A stretch of 64,000 nt of DNA. Origin: Candidatus Omnitrophota bacterium (GTDB lineage: Bacteria; Omnitrophota; Gorgyraeia; Zapsychrales; JAKLDJ01). This document shows positions 63,701 to 64,000 of this stretch, one piece after another. The position numbers were made by a program, and so were the translations under genes. The notes under the pieces were generated by a model, which was given only the letters and a program-made list of their open reading frames with translations, was not told the DNA's origin and did no database searches. The first letter of the stretch is position 1; each line of letters starts with the position of its first letter. The stretch is from positions 182,891 through 246,890 of the forward strand of contig JAKLDJ010000001.1 of NCBI GenBank assembly GCA_022703585.1. Reading direction: 5' to 3'.

Positions 63701-64000
63701 TGCTGCAGCGGCCCAAATACAACAAATAAAATCGCAGTTAAAAGACTGATGCCAATAAGCAATGAAATAACTGCTGAGCTATTTCTGCGATTGACTTTGG
63801 AATTGGCTCCGGCCTGCCGTTTGGTGTTTCTATCCGCCAACCACACCGAACAAACCGAATGCCTGCTGCGCTGTTCAAAGGCCGTTAAAGGATTGATAAC
63901 AAATCCCAGCGACTTAATCGCCTCCTGGTCTTGGATGCGATCGTCATCATTACAGGCCATTTGATACCCGCCCGCGACAAATACGGTAACCCCGCGGATT
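1..64000 (-). CDS. Giant multidomain ORF, partial at both ends (no start or stop inside the window), at least 21,333 codons
   Basis: Hand translation of the minus strand at more than 25 sites gave protein-like sequence in the same codon phase (low end = 1 mod 3) with no stops. Sites checked: 1-240, 600-1080, 1320-1587, 5281-5400, 6190-6295, 7981-8340, 9880-9990, 11040-11175, 13000-13050, 13480-13570, 14641-14770, 16150-16290, 17100-17280, 20710-20780, 21421-21500, 22620-22720, 25800-25960, 27130-27175, 27721-28500, 30541-30660, 33421-33520, 38521-38640, 41461-41520, 47461-47520, 48721-48830, 53161-53360, 56641-56710, 57841-57960, 60181-60240, 62461-62520, 63841-64000. None of the 48 minus-strand ORFs in the supplied track is in this phase, as expected if the frame contains no stop at all. 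Confidence 0.8.
600..845 (-). other. Punctuation module (Cys motif + hydrophobic segments)
   Basis: TSGALGCFVPASLGAESLLSWLLGTRSALFSLLGLIGSGPILGMIRTDNNPLSS ... RRPVLILALVLLSVISGPG (verified). Confidence 0.7.
5225..5400 (-). other. Punctuation module
   Basis: IETLGCLAFFSLPLAPLETLTTFLLPSTFLTGLTGLPATAVLAGLSVLGLVSDG (verified). Confidence 0.7.
5281..5333. repeat. 53-bp conserved element with 13-bp inverted repeat, copy 1 (one stem mismatch)
   Basis: ccccgttagaaatgttgagggcaataagaaagttgttaaaGtttctaacgggg. The minus frame encodes PLETLTTFLLPSTFLTG. Confidence 0.9.
6190..6295 (-). other. Punctuation module
   Basis: EGRLGCFVSLFLPLAGLPAPLFLAGPAVFIAG (verified). Confidence 0.65.
7950..8400 (-). other. 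MutS-type (domain V) ABC ATPase-like domain
   Basis: Walker A GGHNALLLSGPNMGGKTTTA (rc of 8281-8340) and Walker B-like GPGDLIILDEVPTGTDYHEL (rc of 8041-8100). These resemble the MutS/MutS2 ATPase core. Confidence 0.55.
9880..9990 (-). other. Punctuation module (no Cys)
   Basis: LRALMFLSPLAFLSASALFNLLGLVGAGPFLMFLPVMGMV (verified). Confidence 0.65.
10363..11137. repeat. Direct repeat copy B of the 775-bp duplication
   Basis: See copy A. In addition, a 41-bp stretch (cccggccccgacgaggcctaaaagattaaagagggccgagg) is shared by 11105-11145 and 9915-9955. Confidence 0.9.
10960..11175 (-). other. Punctuation module (duplicate of 600-845 plus GLACF)
   Basis: DTGEPKGLACFIP ... SALFNLLGLVGAGPILGMIRTDNNPLSS (verified). 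Confidence 0.7.
12420..12495 (-). other. Punctuation module
   Basis: PQGLGCFIP verified; GLIFLPVLMAGIAP follows. Confidence 0.55.
12650..13150 (-). other. Class I SAM-dependent methyltransferase-like domain
   Basis: Motif I AMDGRRIYDCGAGDGMLSLVALKLGASSV, verified as the rc of about 12990-13047. Confidence 0.5.
13495..13570 (-). other. Punctuation module
   Basis: RETLGCFMLPLTLPGLPFLPLVGMVRTDNNPLS (verified). Confidence 0.7.
14641..14795 (-). other. Punctuation module (Ser-Cys variant, contains conserved element copy 2)
   Basis: SQSLSCFILP ... LLEILTTFLLPSTFLAGLAGLP ... MVGMVSPEDW (verified in parts). Confidence 0.65.
14710..14763. repeat. Conserved element copy 2 (degenerate: gctag, aacagggg)
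   Basis: ccccgctagaaatgttgagggcaataagaaagttgttaaaatttctaacagggg. Encodes PLLEILTTFLLPSTFLAG. Confidence 0.85.
16050..17160 (-). other. Adenosine/AMP deaminase-like amidohydrolase domain
   Basis: Verified ADEGIIIEINTSSNLQTGAVKDIFEHPFYRFYQHGIHIALGTDAP (rc of 16150-16284), matching the A_deaminase CP(I/L)SN ... SLNTDDP signature. N-terminal metal-binding motif DFHIHLVPTRISTLIELA (rc of about 17100-17160). Confidence 0.65.
17210..17280 (-). other. Punctuation module
   Basis: LECCLMMPLAGMSFLFLAGMT (verified). Confidence 0.55.
19265..19345 (-). other. Punctuation module
   Basis: DDSLGCFLP verified; hydrophobic stretch ending ..MTGMTED follows. Confidence 0.55.
20630..20780 (-). other. Punctuation module (no Cys, contains conserved element copy 3)
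   Basis: PGFGLESLLMLALAPVEILTTFLLPSTFLTGLAGLGALFVTGMTGDVDIQ (verified). Confidence 0.65.
20671..20723. repeat. Conserved element copy 3 (one stem mismatch)
   Basis: ccccgttagaaatgttgagggcaataagaaagttgttaagatttctaCcgggg. Encodes PVEILTTFLLPSTFLTG. Confidence 0.9.
21380..22900 (-). other. M20 family Zn amidohydrolase, N-carbamoyl-amino-acid hydrolase / allantoate amidohydrolase type
   Basis: Verified RTDAAGNLYGRLEGLNPGAKVIRIVSHLDSVK (rc of about 22625-22720) and the C-terminal motif ASHDTAYFAKKGVRAVMLFVRSINGISHNPA (rc of about 21425-21515). Both are hallmark motifs of the AmaB/HyuC-type M20 subfamily. Confidence 0.7.
22930..22995 (-). other. Punctuation module (no Cys)
   Basis: DKLRAFMFFGPLMFLPASAFAGLSEAGPLGMIKGEKE (verified). 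Confidence 0.55.
24820..24870 (-). other. Punctuation module (short)
   Basis: LSPLEIGMFILAGG. Confidence 0.4.
25700..26050 (-). other. GHKL (histidine-kinase-like) ATPase domain
   Basis: N-box LIANAVKHTEKGLVRIV (rc of about 25880-25960) and G1 box LIDGAIVKVKDTGKGIPK (rc of 25801-25860). Confidence 0.55.
27120..27175 (-). other. Punctuation module (single hydrophobic stretch)
   Basis: MREIGAGREDTLGCFVFPVFSLFLLGVIKDAVDRD (verified). Confidence 0.65.
27720..28320 (-). other. CPBP family intramembrane glutamic endopeptidase domain (CAAX protease/Abi, PF02517-like)
   Basis: All three family motifs verified within a polytopic hydrophobic region: motif 1 EELIFR (rc of about 27985-28002), motif 2 FALIHS (rc of about 27851-27871), motif 3 HGLHNA (rc of about 27741-27759). 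Confidence 0.85.
28300..28430 (-). other. Punctuation module fused to the N-terminus of the CPBP domain (contains conserved element copy 4)
   Basis: DDASPREGNLGCLTPFALWPLLFVPLAPLEILTTFLLPSTFLTGLVGMVQEETNGQ (verified). Confidence 0.75.
28321..28373. repeat. Conserved element copy 4 (perfect 13-bp stems, 27-nt loop)
   Basis: ccccgttagaaat-gttgagggcaataagaaagttgttaaa-atttctaacgggg. Encodes PLEILTTFLLPSTFLTG, immediately N-terminal to the CPBP domain. Confidence 0.9.
30300..30750 (-). other. HD-domain metal-dependent phosphohydrolase-like domain
   Basis: Verified RIAFLYHDVAKSALPELLRE (rc of 30541-30600), the HD signature. Upstream EFEYLADVVATLEKLDILSYI (rc of 30601-30660). Confidence 0.55.
32880..32945 (-). 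other. Punctuation module
   Basis: AVAIGCLVLPFALGPLMFMSLAGAVNNDG. Confidence 0.5.
33400..34250 (-). other. PEP-utilising enzyme N-terminal ATP-grasp-like domain (pyruvate phosphate dikinase / PEP synthase PPDK_N type)
   Basis: Verified EDALGFPVDVEFAFKGEDLFIVQARPITG (rc of about 33432-33520), matching the conserved DIEWA..G.LYILQ.RP.T C-terminal motif of PPDK_N domains. Confidence 0.5.
35455..35525 (-). other. Variant Cys-containing hydrophobic segment
   Basis: LRQGDCSHSLPMIVLSDIARALS. Confidence 0.3.
36170..36235 (-). other. Punctuation module (Ser-Cys variant)
   Basis: GEDVSCLVFLTLAPLAAIAGMVFDDSER. Confidence 0.5.
37735..37800 (-). other. Punctuation module (Ser-Cys variant)
   Basis: GGEDVSCFVFPLLGLPILPLLSLGAVDQQEDDV. 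Confidence 0.5.
38000..38900 (-). other. RNA polymerase sigma-70 family-like domain (regions 2-4)
   Basis: Verified region 2 NLRFVVSIAKRYAQYLSEYSPLTFLDLINEGNMGLR (rc of about 38533-38640). Downstream, recalled but not re-verified, a region-4-like LTRERVRQIEAKAR. Confidence 0.65.
40560..40600 (-). other. Punctuation module (short)
   Basis: ESEALGCF followed by a short hydrophobic run. Confidence 0.45.
40600..41150 (-). other. Sigma region-4/LuxR-like HTH followed by a PFHSGxGYxSPFxDLGYTP motif (paralog of 61030-61450)
   Basis: Verified RLPFHSGFGYQSPFKDLGYT (rc of 40681-40740). The HTH segment upstream was read less carefully. Confidence 0.4.
42150..42235 (-). other. Punctuation module
   Basis: GSLECIAFFFPALLFGLAGTISDNG. 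Confidence 0.45.
43690..43835 (-). other. Punctuation module (Arg-Cys variant, long)
   Basis: EDVSGGLRCFVPLADLFTPLASAFAFGEAGLSLAGPAVFIAGLPVIFLGQIDNG. Confidence 0.5.
44000..44560 (-). other. Rossmann-fold methyltransferase-like domain
   Basis: Verified SRDFSGRKGQRALIIGAGAG (rc of about 44425-44485), a GxGxG nucleotide-binding motif. Family assignment is tentative. Confidence 0.35.
44570..44640 (-). other. Punctuation module
   Basis: PTDHLGCFILPFMAGMSAVFLVGMMDEDYHN. Confidence 0.5.
44740..45290. repeat. 3x tandem repeat (about 183 bp units) encoding about 60-aa units ending in ...A(L/F)ARLP
   Basis: Repeated DNA cores cggcagccgcgccag (about 44745), tgattccggtagccgggc (about 44925) and cgccttcggcaaccgggc (about 45105). 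Gggcaacggcgggattggatttt is repeated at about 44950 and about 45130. The minus-frame units encode VxxxxAxxMVAxKAGVxxxTVxxxKKxxPxVxxALARLP. Confidence 0.6.
45300..47350 (-). other. Region with repeated Fis-type (HTH_8-like) helix-turn-helix modules
   Basis: I read repeated motifs of the form AA.(F/L)LGI..(S/T)TL.R.Y in the minus frame. Only partly re-verified, so confidence is low. Confidence 0.3.
47300..49100 (-). other. SecA-like preprotein-translocase motor ATPase domain, copy 1
   Basis: Verified AKRLYDTQLLAGIALYEGYAIEMDAGEGKTLA (rc of about 48735-48830, SecA motif I/Walker A) and GKVGAVTVATNIAGRGTDIV (rc of 47461-47520, SecA motif VI). Confidence 0.75.
49600..49680 (-). other. Punctuation module (Gly-Ala-Phe variant, no Cys)
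   Basis: TDSLLGAFLPGMDILFLGLWLTGMVEEGD. Confidence 0.5.
51700..52050 (-). other. Second GHKL-like ATPase segment
   Basis: Verified RLFSIIEDALKFGAGEIKISLRFKDKQLVI (rc of about 51790-51880), an N-box-like motif. Downstream DDAPQGI was not re-verified. Confidence 0.35.
52575..55560. repeat. Tandem array of about 17 repeats (about 170-185 bp each) encoding about 57-60-aa helix-turn-helix-like units
   Basis: Conserved core ggccggcctgggccaggag recurs at about 52885, 53055, 53235, 53425, 53595, 53760, 53945, 54125, 54310, 54490, 54660, 54830, 55000, 55170, 55335 and 55505. Verified unit (rc of 53161-53358): LVKYLRKHSDDIKRYGIVKGGKSGGLKRESKISILLAQAGPEKLRGLNIVETARVIGVHYMSLLKYL. Adjacent units 53040-53220 and 53225-53400 are about 98% identical at the DNA level. 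Confidence 0.85.
55900..58150 (-). other. SecA-like motor ATPase domain, copy 2
   Basis: Verified LNGKRLYDEQILAAACLYQGFAVEM + ESGEGKTYAGILAAYVHSLP (rc of 57841-57960) and GALGAVTVATNVAGRGTDIVL (rc of about 56645-56710). Confidence 0.75.
58250..58335 (-). other. Punctuation module
   Basis: GEEDFCGFILAWPGIWILALLPFVFAFPGTVRDEE. Confidence 0.5.
59745..59805 (-). other. Punctuation module
   Basis: AGKQRGENLACFMLPLMLLPVLG (verified). Confidence 0.55.
60000..60930 (-). other. Possible metallophosphoesterase-like domain
   Basis: Verified DNFSEMTTAAFKEQGHTHPK (rc of 60181-60240), a GHTH motif. Other calcineurin-like motifs were not confirmed. Confidence 0.25.
60940..61030 (-). other. Punctuation module (no Cys)
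   Basis: GLAALILPFAGLENIFALGALIS (verified). Confidence 0.5.
61030..61450 (-). other. Sigma region-4-like HTH plus PFHSGxGYxSPFxDLG motif (paralog of 40600-41150)
   Basis: Verified AVRSPFHSGEGYVSPFEDLG (rc of 61081-61140). Confidence 0.4.
63545..63665 (-). other. Punctuation module
   Basis: SSVAGGVGTGAAAALFNFGQWTVGAALCSFFPVIGMAKER (verified). Confidence 0.6.

Noticed and set aside
1-64000. The many plus-strand ORFs of 60-280 aa in the supplied track (for example 599-1291, 6803-7645, 43360-44040)
   Set aside because: Their translations are Arg/Ser/Pro-rich with no recognisable motifs. They lie antisense to a minus-strand frame that yields bona fide protein-family motifs. They are spurious antisense ORFs.
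1-64000. Alternative genetic code (stop-codon reassignment) as the explanation for missing long ORFs in the track
   Set aside because: The standard-code translation of the minus phase-1 frame already has no stops in any checked segment. The missing ORF is explained by the frame being open at both window edges.

Overview
The window reads as part of ONE uninterrupted minus-strand open reading frame. The frame's codon low ends fall at + positions congruent to 1 mod 3; it is called phase 1 below. I hand-translated more than 25 spot checks between positions 1 and 64000. Every one is in this same phase, reads as ordinary protein, and has no stop codon (standard code). None of the 48 minus-strand ORFs in the supplied track lies in this phase. 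All of this is consistent with a stop-free frame that runs off both window edges, i.e. a giant gene longer than 64 kb (at least 21,333 codons) encoding a mosaic multidomain protein. I did not scan all 21,333 codons by hand, so continuity is inferred from the phase agreement, not proven. Domains I could recognise by signature motifs, listed from the N-terminal side (high coordinates) to the C-terminal side (low coordinates): a possible metallophosphoesterase; a SecA-like motor ATPase (#2); an array of about 17 tandem helix-turn-helix (HTH) repeats; a GHKL-type ATPase; a SecA-like motor ATPase (#1); Fis-type HTH modules; a 3x tandem repeat; a Rossmann methyltransferase-like domain; a sigma-70-like domain; a PEP-utilising ATP-grasp-like domain; an HD domain; a CPBP/CAAX-type (Abi) intramembrane protease; a second GHKL ATPase; an M20 carbamoylase-type amidohydrolase; an adenosine-deaminase-like amidohydrolase; a SAM methyltransferase; a MutS-type ABC ATPase; and a duplicated C-terminal domain of unknown function. 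About 28 short hydrophobic, Pro/Gly-rich modules punctuate the protein between these domains. Most carry a conserved Cys motif ((T)L(G/A/S)C(F/L) plus a hydrophobic stretch, often ending G-M-V/I/T followed by acidic residues). Several modules are conserved at the DNA level, including a 53-bp palindrome-containing element present four times. There is also a near-identical 775-bp intragenic duplication. No RNA genes, CRISPR arrays, IS elements or intergenic regions were found. The plus-strand ORFs in the track are antisense artefacts. Coordinates of domains and modules are approximate (about +/-100 bp).
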